Shown one piece after another: positions 32,749-42,472 of a stretch of 64,000 bases of DNA. Position 1 is the first letter of the stretch; each line of letters opens with the position of its first letter. The stretch covers positions 64,001-128,000 of the forward strand of contig CALUHR010000003.1 of NCBI GenBank assembly GCA_944320495.1. Reading direction: 5' to 3'. A model generated the notes under the pieces. The model ran no database searches. It was not told where the DNA came from and worked only from the letters and a program-made list of their open reading frames with translations. The translations under genes and the position numbers were made by a program. Source of the stretch: Candidatus Methanomethylophilaceae archaeon. Lineage in GTDB: Archaea > Thermoplasmatota > Thermoplasmata > Methanomassiliicoccales > Methanomethylophilaceae.

Positions 32749-34211
32749 CTCGACCTCTCTGACCTGATCCGCTCGAGCAGCTCGGCGGCGTCCGGGTCGC
32801 CCTGGCGGGCGGCCAGGCCGAGCAGCTTCTTCGCACGGGGGATGTTCCTCTTGACGATCTCCCCCTCGTAGTAGATCTTGCCCAGGTAGTACTGGGCCTC
32901 GTAGTATCCGGCGTCGGCGACCTCGTTGAGGATCTCCAGCCCGCCCTCGACATCCTTCTCCACGCCGGACCCGGTTATCTTCATCATGGCGAACATGGAC
33001 TTGGCGCCGGGGTGACTCTGGTCGGCCGCCTGATCCAGCCACATCGCCGCCTTCTCCGGGTCGCGCTCGCATCCGCGGCCCTCGTAGTACATGCATCCGA
33101 GGCAGTACTGGGAGTTGGGCTCGCTGCCCTCCGCCGCGTTACTGAACCATTTGAAGGACTCCTCGTCGTCCCTCTCGAAGTAGTATCCGGAGCCGTACAT
33201 GCATCCGAGGGCGTACTGCGCGTATCCGTTGCACATGTTCGCCGCCTCGGTGAACCATTTCGCGGCCTTGGCGAGGTCCTTGGGCAGTACCTGCCCCTCG
33301 AATGACATGTTGGCGAGGTCCACCATGGCCTGCTGGTAACCGTTCTCGCAGGACTTCTCCAGCCAGTAGAGCGCCCTGGACGGGTCCCTCTGGACGCCCT
33401 GCCCGTAGGCGAGCATCATGCCCAGCTGGTACTGGGCCTCGTCATGGCCCTGCTCGGCGGCCTTCTCGAACATCTCGGCCGCCTTCTGGTCGCTGGTCCA
33501 CCTGGTCTTGGGTATCGAGTGGATGCAGCCCATGGCGAACTGGGCGTCCCTGTCGCCGGCAGCGGCGGCCTTCTCGTACCACTGGACCGCGGTCTTCAGG
33601 TCGGGGTCGGCATCGCCGGTTCCCTCGTCGTACATCTGACCGAGACGGTACATGGCGTTGGCGTCGCCGTTGTCGGCGGCCGCCTTCAGCCATCTCACGG
33701 CCAGCTGGGGGTTCTTCGGGATCCCCTTCCCCTTGAGATGCATGAACCCGATGACGCGCTGCGCCACCGGGTCGTCGTTCTCGGCGCAGACGGTGTAGAA
33801 CCTGACGGCCTCCGCATGGCTCTTCCTGACGCATTCGGAGCCGTTGTCGTACAGCTCGAAGAGCCTCGCGCAGGCGGCGGTGTCCCTCTCCTCGCCCCTG
33901 AGCCTGAGTGCCATAATCCTCCTCTGGACGTCGGGCTCGTTGCGCTTCAGCTCGGCGGAGACGATCGACGCGGGCATGTGGCCCTCGGCCTCCGCCAGGG
34001 AGAACATCTCGGCCGCCGTGGCGGGGTCCGCGATGGCTCCGCCCTCGCCGAGGTAGAGGAATAGGCCGTGGAGGTAGCGGGCGTCCGGGTTGCCCTCCGA
34101 CGCACCCTGCTCCGCCAGGGCCTCGGCCCTCTTGGGATCGAAATCCGGGGATGCGCAGTCCATGTACCTGCGGGAGGGTTCGTACAGCCACTCGCTTCCA
34201 TTCTGCTCCAT
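32745..34211 (-). CDS. Sel1-repeat protein (~490 aa; start 34211 or 34223)
   Basis: About 10 Sel1 repeats. It has its own TATA box at 34235-34241. This is the 3' part of composite ORF 32745..35459. Confidence 0.88.
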   Translation of the reverse strand: MEQNGSEWLYEPSRRYMDCASPDFDPKRAEALAEQGASEGNPDARYLHGLFLYLGEGGAIADPATAAEMFSLAEAEGHMPASIVSAELKRNEPDVQRRIMALRLRGEERDTAACARLFELYDNGSECVRKSHAEAVRFYTVCAENDDPVAQRVIGFMHLKGKGIPKNPQLAVRWLKAAADNGDANAMYRLGQMYDEGTGDADPDLKTAVQWYEKAAAAGDRDAQFAMGCIHSIPKTRWTSDQKAAEMFEKAAEQGHDEAQYQLGMMLAYGQGVQRDPSRALYWLEKSCENGYQQAMVDLANMSFEGQVLPKDLAKAAKWFTEAANMCNGYAQYALGCMYGSGYYFERDDEESFKWFSNAAEGSEPNSQYCLGCMYYEGRGCERDPEKAAMWLDQAADQSHPGAKSMFAMMKITGSGVEKDVEGGLEILNEVADAGYYEAQYYLGKIYYEGEIVKRNIPRAKKLLGLAARQGDPDAAELLERIRSERSR

Positions 34212-34233
34212 AAACGCCCCCATGCGCGCGCCC

Positions 34234-34242
34234 CTTATAAAG
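34234..34242 (-). promoter_or_regulatory. TATA box (CTTTATAAG) of the Sel1 gene, located just downstream of the pdxT CGA
   Basis: TTTATAA about 12-25 nt upstream of the candidate ATGs. Confidence 0.55.
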
Positions 34243-34253
34243 GCAGTCCGGCC

Positions 34254-34814
34254 TCGGATCAGGTCCAGGAAGTACCTGTGGACCGTGGCGTCCCCGGTGA
34301 GCTCCAGGTGGAACGCCGTGGCGATCTGCCTGCCGTTGCGCACCGCGACCGGGATCCCGTCGAGGGAGCACAGCGCCTCGGTGCCCTCCCCCAGAGAGAC
34401 GACCGAGGGGGCGCGGATGAACCTGAGGGGCACCTCTCCGAGACCGGCGAAGTCCGCACTGGAGCTGAAGCTCCCGAGCTGCCTCCCGTAAGCGTTGCGC
34501 CTCACCGTCATGGGCAGGGTGCCGAGGCAGGGCTCCCCTCCCTCGACCCGGGAGGCCAGCAGGATCATCCCCGCGCAGGTCCCCAGCACGGGCATGCCGC
34601 CGGAGACCGTCCCACGGATGCGGTCGGTCATGCCCATGTCCCCGAGGAGTTTTGCCATGACCGTGCTCTCGCCCCCCGGGATCACGAGGGCGTCCGGGTT
34701 CCTGTCGAGGTCGGAGGGCTTGCGGATCTCGAAGCATTCGGCACCCAGGTCCGAAAGCACCCTCTCGTGCTCTGCGAATGCCCCCTGGACGGCGAGAACG
34801 CCTATGCGGCTCAT
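34254..34814 (-). CDS. pdxT: Pyridoxal 5'-phosphate synthase glutaminase subunit; proposed end at CGA 34256-34254 (186 aa)
   Basis: [49 protein letters not shown] overlap with pdxS. Confidence 0.92.
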
Positions 34815-35707
34815 ATGCCGCGCTCCGCCATGCGGATTCCCTCGAGCCTCTCGATCTCGTCCTTGTTGATTCCCACCATGGCCTCGCCCAGACCAGCTGA
34901 TACCTCCGCCAGGATCTTCGGGTTGTCGTAGTTGGTGACCGCCTTCACTATGGCCGCGGCCCTCCTCTCCGGGTTCCCGGACTTGAAGATGCCAGAGCCG
35001 ACGAATACGCCCTCGGCGCCGAACTGCATCATGAGCGCCGCGTCCGCGGGCGTGGCGATGCCGCCGGCGGCGAAGTTGACGACGGGGAGCCTGCCCGTCT
35101 CGTGCACCTGGAACGCCAGGTCCAGCGGGACCTGCAGGGACTTGGCGTACTCGTAGACCTCGTCGTCCGCCAGCGCCCTCAGCTCCCTGATCTGCCTGTT
35201 CATGGTGCGCATGTGCGAGACCGCCTGGATCACGTCGCCGGTGCCGGGCTCGCCCTTGGTCCTGATCATGGATGCGCCCTCGCCTATGCGCCTGAGGGCC
35301 TCTCCGAGATCCCTGGCCCCGCATACGAAGGGCACGTCGAACCTGCGCTTGTCTATGTGGTGGACATCGTCCGCCGGGGAGAGCACCTCGCTCTCGTCGA
35401 TGTAGTCGATCTCGATCGCCTGGAGGATCTGGGCCTCCGCGAAGTGACCTATCCTGCACTTAGCCATCACGGGGATGGAAACCGCGTCCTGGATCCCCCT
35501 TATCATCTGCGGGTCGGACATCCTCGACACGCCGCCAGCGGCGCGTATGTCCGCCGGGATCCTCTCCAATGCCATGACCGCACACGCCCCAGCCTCCTCG
35601 GCTATGCGGGCCTGCTCCGGGGTGGTGACGTCCATGATAACCCCTCCCTTGAGCATCTGCGCGAGTTCCTTGTTCAGCTGATAGCGGTCCTTCCCTTCCT
35701 CAGACAT
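34811..35707 (-). CDS. pdxS: Pyridoxal 5'-phosphate synthase lyase subunit
   Basis: [44 protein letters not shown]. Confidence 0.96.
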   Translation of the reverse strand: MSEEGKDRYQLNKELAQMLKGGVIMDVTTPEQARIAEEAGACAVMALERIPADIRAAGGVSRMSDPQMIRGIQDAVSIPVMAKCRIGHFAEAQILQAIEIDYIDESEVLSPADDVHHIDKRRFDVPFVCGARDLGEALRRIGEGASMIRTKGEPGTGDVIQAVSHMRTMNRQIRELRALADDEVYEYAKSLQVPLDLAFQVHETGRLPVVNFAAGGIATPADAALMMQFGAEGVFVGSGIFKSGNPERRAAAIVKAVTNYDNPKILAEVSAGLGEAMVGINKDEIERLEGIRMAERGI

Positions 35708-35889
35708 CGTTGCGTCTCCTGTCCGGATAGACCCCGATGCCTATAATGGCGAACTATTTACACTTTTGTCTATTTTACATCAGCCATATACATTTATAAT
35801 CACCCTCATCTCTGCCGATTCTTTATCGACGGAACGCATCCTGATCCGCACGGGAACGGCATTCGCCGGCCCCGACTGGAGTGTTCAGA

Positions 35890-36324
35890 ATGGCGGATGA
35901 CGACATCAACGACAGGGCGTACGAAACGCTGAGGGAGACCTTCGGATCGAAGGGATGGGAATACGAAACGGTCCCGGAGAACCGCGGGATCATGTCGTCC
36001 TTCCAGGGGAACGACCTAGTGATAGGCTTCCACGCGTTCGTGAGCGACGGGATGATCCGCATGGCGGCGATCCTTTCCTTCAAGGTCCCCGCCGAGAGGA
36101 TGCGCGACTTCGTCTGGGGCCTGAACGCCATCAACTCCGACCTCCCCTTCGGGAGCTTCGCCATGAATCCCGCCGACGGATACGTGACGTTCGACTACGC
36201 CCTCGTGTACAGGCGCTCCGTCCCCCCGGCCGATCTCATGGCCGATGTGGTGGTCACTATGATCAACACGGCCGACAGGTTCGACGGCAGCCTCAAGGGG
36301 CTATCCGAGGGACGGAACGAGCGA
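35890..36324 (+). CDS. YbjN-like (sensory transduction regulator family) protein; proposed end at CGA 36322-36324 (144 aa)
   Basis: Pattern of short beta strands followed by LNAINSDLPFGSFAMNP.DG.V. The standard-code ORF runs 296 aa antisense into the MFS gene. Confidence 0.65.
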
Positions 36325-36327
36325 TCG

Positions 36328-37650
36328 TCAGCGCGACGACCCCGCCTCTCTCACGGCCTCCACCCCGAACAGGCCGTCCCCGGGACCCTTCTCCCTGGAC
36401 ACGAGCAGGAGGACCACCGCGAGGACCGAGGTGGCGGTCATCAGACCCCAGACGAGGGAGAAGTTCTCCAGCGTGTACGAGGTCCCGATTATCCACCCGG
36501 ACACCGTGGTGAACACGCTGGCGCCGAGGAACAGGAACACGTTCGCCGCGGACACGGAGGTCCCGGCCACCGCTATTGGGTACCACTCCTTAATCTGCGA
36601 GAACGAGAGGGTCATGAACCCGCCGAAGAACCCGAACAGGAAGCTCGTCAGGAACCAGAACCAGTAGCTGTCGATGCTCCCGGCGAACACGAAGATGACC
36701 GCCCACACGACGACGAATGCGGAGGTCCCCCAGACCATGGCGGCCCTCTTCGAGGTGATGATGCCGCGTGATGTCAGCGCACCGACCGCGACGGTCGTCA
36801 TTATCTTCCCGATACCGAGCGCGGTGACCATCCACGCCGAGGACAGGGCGAAGGCGTAGACGGAATCGAAGTAGGTCACGGCCCAGGTCCCCTGGAACAC
36901 CATGATCGAACCGTAGACGAGGAAGTACGCCAGCGCGCACGGCCAGAACCTCCTGCCTCCGGACATGACGATGTGAAGCCCGGTGAGGATCGGCACCCTT
37001 GCGGCCGACGGGTCGTCGGATCCCAGGCCCTCGGTCTCCTCCACCGACGGGAGGCCCCTGTGGCTGGGGTGGTCGCGTATCACGAACGCGCATGCCGCCG
37101 CGAGGACGAGGGTGATCACACCCAGGACGAGGAACACCTCCCTCCACCCGAGCGCGTCTGCCAGCATGCTAAGGGGTCCAGACGCCGCTATCGCGCCGAC
37201 GTTGCCGACGGCGATGACTATGCCGCTGAGAACCGCGAAGTCCGACTTGGGGAACCACACGGAGATGAGCTTCATGAGCGGGACGTAGACCACCGCCATA
37301 CCGGCGGCGATCATCATCTTGCCGAGCACCATCATCCAGAACTCGTCGCCCGCGAAAGTCAGCAGCGAACCGGCTGACGCCAGCAGCAGGAACGCGGTGG
37401 AGGACATCCTCGGGCCGAACCTGTCTGTCAGCAGCCCGCAGGGAATCTGCATCGCCGTGTATGTCCAGAAGTAGACGCTGCTGAGGATGCCGATGGTCCC
37501 TCCGACCTCCTCCACCATCTCCTGCCCGACAACGCTGACGGACATCCTGTGGAAGTAGACGAAGAAGTAGCCTATGGCCAGTACGGTGAATATCGCCCAT
37601 CTGTGCCTCCACAGCCTGCGGAGGATGGGATCGGTGGTCTCGCCGGTCAC
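36328..37650 (-). CDS. MFS transporter (12 TM, ACS/sugar-phosphate-like)
   Basis: YFHRMSVSV, QIPCGLLTDRFGPR, LISVWFP; multiple TM segments; GTG start. Confidence 0.88.
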   Translation of the reverse strand: MTGETTDPILRRLWRHRWAIFTVLAIGYFFVYFHRMSVSVVGQEMVEEVGGTIGILSSVYFWTYTAMQIPCGLLTDRFGPRMSSTAFLLLASAGSLLTFAGDEFWMMVLGKMMIAAGMAVVYVPLMKLISVWFPKSDFAVLSGIVIAVGNVGAIAASGPLSMLADALGWREVFLVLGVITLVLAAACAFVIRDHPSHRGLPSVEETEGLGSDDPSAARVPILTGLHIVMSGGRRFWPCALAYFLVYGSIMVFQGTWAVTYFDSVYAFALSSAWMVTALGIGKIMTTVAVGALTSRGIITSKRAAMVWGTSAFVVVWAVIFVFAGSIDSYWFWFLTSFLFGFFGGFMTLSFSQIKEWYPIAVAGTSVSAANVFLFLGASVFTTVSGWIIGTSYTLENFSLVWGLMTATSVLAVVLLLVSREKGPGDGLFGVEAVREAGSSR

Positions 37651-37714
37651 GCCACCCCGTGCCGGTCATCGTATAAAACCATACCCCGGGGGACACCCCG
37701 TGATCCTATGCCGG

Positions 37715-39121
37715 TTATCCCTTCCCGGGGACGTCCCTGCGCCTGCGGTCCCTCACGAGGACGGCGGCGATCAATCCGATCGCGGCGAGCAGCACACCGC
37801 CCCATAGCATGGCGAATCCCATCCCGTCCATGAACGCCTCCGGGGTGAGGTTCTCGATCGAGACCCCGGCGGAACCGCTACCGATAGTCAGCAGCGATGC
37901 GAACAGCGCCGTCCCGACGGTCCCGCCCATATAGTTCATGAAGTTCATCATGGAGGATCCGATGGCCTTGGACCCCTCCGGTATGTTGTCCACCACGCGT
38001 CCGGTGCACGCCGACCCGCTGAATCCCCACACTATGCCCATCGTCAGGGATGCCACGACCAGCGGGAGGAGGCCCATCTCCGGCTCCATCAGGAAGAACA
38101 TGACGTTGTACACCAGCGTGAAGAAAGACGCGGCTATGGCGCAGGACCTGCGGCCCCTGTGGTCGGTGTAGTTGCCGACAGGGATGCTCATTATGATCAC
38201 GAGGACCGAGGGCAGCAGGAGGATGAACCCGCTCATGACGGAGCTGAGGCCCAGCTCTATGTCCATGTAGAACGGCAGCACATAGAGCACGCCCATGTAC
38301 ACCAGGTTCAGGAGCAGGTATGCGATCAGAGCCAGGTCCATGTCCCTGAGCCTGAACAGACTGAGGTCGAACAGCGGACGTGAGGCGTGGGTGCTCTCCC
38401 TGACGTATCCCACGAGGAACAGCACGGCCACGACACCGGCTATGGCGGCGATCCACATCTCGTCGGGGTCGGAGATCGACTCCACGGCGATGACCATCGC
38501 CGCGACTGTGACGAACAGCAGGAACGATCCGCGCACGTCCAGCGCCCCCTTGGAGACCTCCTCCCTCGGCAGGGAGGCCCTCCCCAGGAGTATGCATGCG
38601 ATGCCCAGCGGGATGTTGATCAGGAAGATCCAGTGCCACGAGAGGTACTGCACGAGCACACCTCCCAGCGCCGGACCCAGCGCGAAGCCTGTGGACGACG
38701 CGATCGCCATTATCCCGAGGGACCTGCCGAGATGCTCCCTCGGCAGGAGCTTCACGCAGATCATCGGGGCCACCGCCACGATCGCTGCCGCCCCCACGCC
38801 CTGGAATATCCTCGACACGACGAGGAGCGAGAGCGAGGTGGACATGGCGCAGAACACGGAGAACAGCGTGAACACGGCGAACCCCGTGATGAACACGACC
38901 CTTATCCTCCCGGCGTCGGCGATCCTGCCGAAGGGAATGATGAGGCCGGCCATCATCAGGGAGTATGCGATGGACACCCACGACACGGAGCTCGTGTCCG
39001 TGTGGAAGTCGGCCGCGATGGTCGGCAGGGCGACGTTCACTATGCTCGCATCGATGTTGTCCATGAGGACACCGAGAACCATCGTCAGAATCAGCAGACC
39101 CACGGTACCCTTCGCAGACAT
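37715..39121 (-). CDS. DHA2 (EmrB/QacA) family MFS efflux transporter
   Basis: DASIVNVALPTIA, GRIADAGR, RIFQGVGAA, GPALGG...WHWIFLINIPLG. Confidence 0.9.
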   Translation of the reverse strand: MSAKGTVGLLILTMVLGVLMDNIDASIVNVALPTIAADFHTDTSSVSWVSIAYSLMMAGLIIPFGRIADAGRIRVVFITGFAVFTLFSVFCAMSTSLSLLVVSRIFQGVGAAAIVAVAPMICVKLLPREHLGRSLGIMAIASSTGFALGPALGGVLVQYLSWHWIFLINIPLGIACILLGRASLPREEVSKGALDVRGSFLLFVTVAAMVIAVESISDPDEMWIAAIAGVVAVLFLVGYVRESTHASRPLFDLSLFRLRDMDLALIAYLLLNLVYMGVLYVLPFYMDIELGLSSVMSGFILLLPSVLVIIMSIPVGNYTDHRGRRSCAIAASFFTLVYNVMFFLMEPEMGLLPLVVASLTMGIVWGFSGSACTGRVVDNIPEGSKAIGSSMMNFMNYMGGTVGTALFASLLTIGSGSAGVSIENLTPEAFMDGMGFAMLWGGVLLAAIGLIAAVLVRDRRRRDVPGKG

Positions 39122-39219
39122 GCCAGACTAATCTGGATGTCCTTTGAAAAACCCTTCTGGCCAGCGGTTTCGGGGGAGTCTGAGACTGTATTATAAATGA
39201 CAATGCGATTCCCACCCGC

Positions 39220-39903
39220 ATGGCAGGTGTGGACAGGAGCATGGACCCGATGGAATGGGCCAAATTCGTCATCCGCAACAGGGACGAGAGGAACTACGTC
39301 GAGGCCTACTCCATCTTCATCCGCGAGTCCAAGACGGACAATCCGGAGGCGGAGTACTGCCTCGGACTCATGTACGCCCGCGGACAGGGGATCTCCAAGG
39401 ATCACGCCGCCGCCCTCAACTGGTTCCTGAAGGCGTACGACCACGGATACACCCGCTCAGGCTACTTCATCGGCAGGATGTACCTGTCTGGCCTGGGGAC
39501 CGAGAAGGACGTCCAGAAGGCCATCAGATACCTGGAGTCCGTCTCGAAGGAGGACGCCCGGGCCATGTACGAGCTCGGCCTGATCCACTTCGAGGACCGC
39601 GACGTGCCCCGCGACCTCCACAAGTCCGCCGAATGGATGCTCAGGGCGGCCAACGCGGGCAACGCGGAGGCCCAGTTCGTCCTGGGACAGTTCTACAAGG
39701 CCGGTGCCGGATTCCAGAAGGACATCGACAAGGCGGTCCACTGGCTCACATCAGCGGCGCTGAACAGGCACAAGGGCGCCCAGATCCTCCTCGGTAACAT
39801 GTACCGCACAGGGGACGGCGTCAAGGTGGACCTGGACGAGTCCGACCGCTGGTACGACATGGCCGACGGCATCAGCAACGTCCAGCCAGACGAGAAGAGT
39901 CGA
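39220..39903 (+). CDS. Sel1-repeat protein; proposed end at CGA 39901-39903 (TAA at 39957)
   Basis: Five Sel1 repeats (AEYCLGLMYARGQG, AQFVLGQFY and others). Confidence 0.85.
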
Positions 39904-39983
39904 ACTGACACCACCGGCCCCCAGGACCGGCGATCAGACCGATTATTGAGAATGTAAGGCCGGGGTCTCCCCCGGCGTTTTGA

Positions 39984-41654
39984 TCACTTGAGTCCGACGA
40001 TCCTGCCGTCCTCGAGGAGGTCCATCCTCATGGCGGCGGGGACCTTCGGGAGACCGGGCATGAGGGTCAGGGTTCCGCAGACGGGGACGATGAACCCTGC
40101 TCCGGCGGAGAGTGTGACCTCCCTGACGCTGAGGGTCCATCCCCTCGGGGCCCCCTTGACCTTGGAGTCGTCCGTCAGGGACGCCTGGGTCTTGGCGATG
40201 CACACCGGGAGGTTCCCGTATCCGTCGGCCTCCATCTGGGCGATGGCCTTGTCGGCCTCCTTGGAATAGACCACGGATCCGGCGCCGTAGATGTTGGTGG
40301 CGACGGCCTCGATCTTGTCCTTGATCGGGGAGTCGGTCTGGTACAGGAAGTGGAAGTCGGGCTTCACGGTGTCCAGGACGTCGAGGACGGTGTTGGCCAG
40401 CTCGACGGCCCCCTCGCCTCCCTTGGAGAAGGCCTCGGAGAACGCGCACCTGACGCCGATCTCCCTGCAGTGGTCCATGATGATGTTCATCTGCTCGGGG
40501 GTGTCGTGCTGGAACCTGTTGACGGCCACGACGACGGGGACGCCGTAGGAGGACATGTTCTCGATGTGCTTGTCCAGGTTGCAGAGGCCGAACCTCAGGG
40601 CGTCGTCCGTCAGGGTGGACTCGTCCTCGAGCCTGGCGCCGCCGTGGGTCATGAGGGCGCGGATGGATGCGACGAGGACGACGCAGTCGGGCCTCATTCC
40701 GGACTCCCTGCAGACGATGTCCATGAACTTCTCCCCTCCGAGGTCGGAGGCGAAACCCGCCTCGGTGATGACATAGTCACCGAGGGAGAGCGCGGCCTTG
40801 GTGGCGATGACGCTGTTGGTGCCGTGGGCGATGTTGGCGAACGGGAAGCCGTGGACGAACACGGGCTGCCCCTCGAGGGTCTGGACGAGGTTGGGGTTGA
40901 TGGCGTCCTTGAGGAGTACCATCATGGCGCCGACGCATCCCAGATCCTTCACGGTGACGGGCTTGTTGTCGTAGGTGTATGCGACGACCATCCTCTCGAG
41001 CCTCCTGCGGAGGTCGGCCCTGTCGTTGGAGAGGGCGAGGATGGCGGAGATCTCGGAGGCGGATGTGATGAGGAAACCCGCCTCGTGGGGCACACCTCCG
41101 AGGATCCTGTCCCTTCCGAGCCCGGTGACGATGTTCCTCAGCTCGCGGGCGTTGATGTCCATGGCCTTCTTGAGGACGACGCGGGTGGGGTCGATGTTGT
41201 GGACGTTGTCCCTCACGAGCTCGTTGTCCACGATGGCGGACAGGAGGTTGTGCGCCGCGGTGACCGCGTGGATGTCACCGGTGAAGTGGAGATCGATGTC
41301 CCACATGGGGTAGACCTGGGAGTAGCCGCCTCCGGTGGCGCCTCCCTTGATTCCGAAGGTGGGTCCGATGGAGGGCTCCCTGAGGGCTCCGACGACCTTC
41401 TTCCCGAGTCTGCCAAGACCCTGGATGAGTCCGATGGTGGTGACGGTCTTCCCCTCGCCGGCGGGCGTGGGGGTGATGGCGGAGACCATCACGAGCTTAC
41501 CCTTCTTGTCGCCCATCTTGGCGAGCCTGTCGTAGGGGATCTTCGCGATGTACTTGCCGTAGGGCTCGATGTCATCCTCGGTGAGTCCTATGGTCGCTGC
41601 GACCTCCTTGATCGGCTTGACTTTCGCATTCTGGGCGATCTCGATGTCATCCAT
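39984..41654 (-). CDS. fhs: Formate-tetrahydrofolate ligase
   Basis: AITPTPAGEGKTVT, IKGGATGGGYSQ, HFTGDIHA, PFANIAHG, TEAGF, MPGLP. Confidence 0.96.
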   Translation of the reverse strand: MDDIEIAQNAKVKPIKEVAATIGLTEDDIEPYGKYIAKIPYDRLAKMGDKKGKLVMVSAITPTPAGEGKTVTTIGLIQGLGRLGKKVVGALREPSIGPTFGIKGGATGGGYSQVYPMWDIDLHFTGDIHAVTAAHNLLSAIVDNELVRDNVHNIDPTRVVLKKAMDINARELRNIVTGLGRDRILGGVPHEAGFLITSASEISAILALSNDRADLRRRLERMVVAYTYDNKPVTVKDLGCVGAMMVLLKDAINPNLVQTLEGQPVFVHGFPFANIAHGTNSVIATKAALSLGDYVITEAGFASDLGGEKFMDIVCRESGMRPDCVVLVASIRALMTHGGARLEDESTLTDDALRFGLCNLDKHIENMSSYGVPVVVAVNRFQHDTPEQMNIIMDHCREIGVRCAFSEAFSKGGEGAVELANTVLDVLDTVKPDFHFLYQTDSPIKDKIEAVATNIYGAGSVVYSKEADKAIAQMEADGYGNLPVCIAKTQASLTDDSKVKGAPRGWTLSVREVTLSAGAGFIVPVCGTLTLMPGLPKVPAAMRMDLLEDGRIVGLK

Positions 41655-41844
41655 GAGCAGATGTTACCAGTTCGCCCACTTAAAGGTTGACGCCGGTTAA
41701 AAATCCGGGACGCCGTAGGACGCCGCGGGATGCATGCCGTTCCCCGGGATCGTCCAGCATCCGACGGGTGCTCCCAGGTCTTTTAAAATAAGCGAAATTT
41801 GTTTAATCATACCATATATAATTTTAATCATTCCATTCATTTTT

Positions 41845-41885
41845 TTAGGAATTACTAACTATTAAATACATTTAGGATATCCGAA
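41845..41885 (+). promoter_or_regulatory. Two DtxR/IdeR-like boxes upstream of feoA
   Basis: TTAGG-AATT-ACTAA (41845-41858) and TTAGG-ATAT-CCGAA (41872-41885), both near-palindromes of TTAGG-N4-CCTAA. Confidence 0.5.
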
Positions 41886-41890
41886 CAGAC

Positions 41891-42196
41891 ATGAATCCAG
41901 CATCACCTTGTGTGACCGCCACTGCAGCGCCATGCAGCGAACAGAAGCTCGGGTGCTCCATGGGCGTCCCTGGTGTCCCGATTTCCATGATGAGGGTCGG
42001 GGAGGTCGGGACCGTCGTCAGCATCTCCGGCAAGGAGGACGTGAGGAGGTTCCTGAACGAGCTCGGGTTCACACCGGGCACGGAAGTCAGGGCCGTGAGC
42101 CAGGCCGGAGGCAACATCATCCTCGAGGTCAAGGACTCGAAGATTGCCATCGACCGCCACATGGCCAACAGGATTCTGTTCTGCCCCGCGAGATGA
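41891..42196 (+). CDS. feoA: Ferrous iron transport protein A (true start may be later)
   Basis: RRFLNELGFTPGTEV...GNIILEVKDSKIAIDR. Confidence 0.85.
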   Translation: MNPASPCVTATAAPCSEQKLGCSMGVPGVPISMMRVGEVGTVVSISGKEDVRRFLNELGFTPGTEVRAVSQAGGNIILEVKDSKIAIDRHMANRILFCPAR

Positions 42197-42200
42197 TAGC

Positions 42201-42422
42201 ATGAAGACACTGAGAGACGCCGATGTCGGCTCCACCGTCACCGTGGTGAGGCTGCACGGCGAGGGCGCTCTCAAGAGGCACATCATGGACATGGGCATCA
42301 CCAAAGGATGCCAGATCTATGTGCGCAAGGTCGCCCCGCTCGGGGATCCCGTGGAGATCACCGTGCGCGGCTACGAGCTGAGCCTCAGGAAGAGCGACGC
42401 GGAGAGCATCGAGATCGCCTGA
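42201..42422 (+). CDS. feoA: Ferrous iron transport protein A (second copy)
   Basis: KRHIMDMGITKG...APLGDPVEITVRGYELSLRK. Confidence 0.92.
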   Translation: MKTLRDADVGSTVTVVRLHGEGALKRHIMDMGITKGCQIYVRKVAPLGDPVEITVRGYELSLRKSDAESIEIA

Positions 42423-42472
42423 CGATCCTCTGGCCCCGTCCCCCATGCGCGGGCCGTTCTGGAGTGAGAACA

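Noticed and set aside
32745-35459. 904-aa ORF as a novel PdxT-Sel1 fusion
   Set aside because: The first ~215 codons are a shadow frame of pdxS, and a CGA plus a TATA box separate pdxT from the Sel1 gene.
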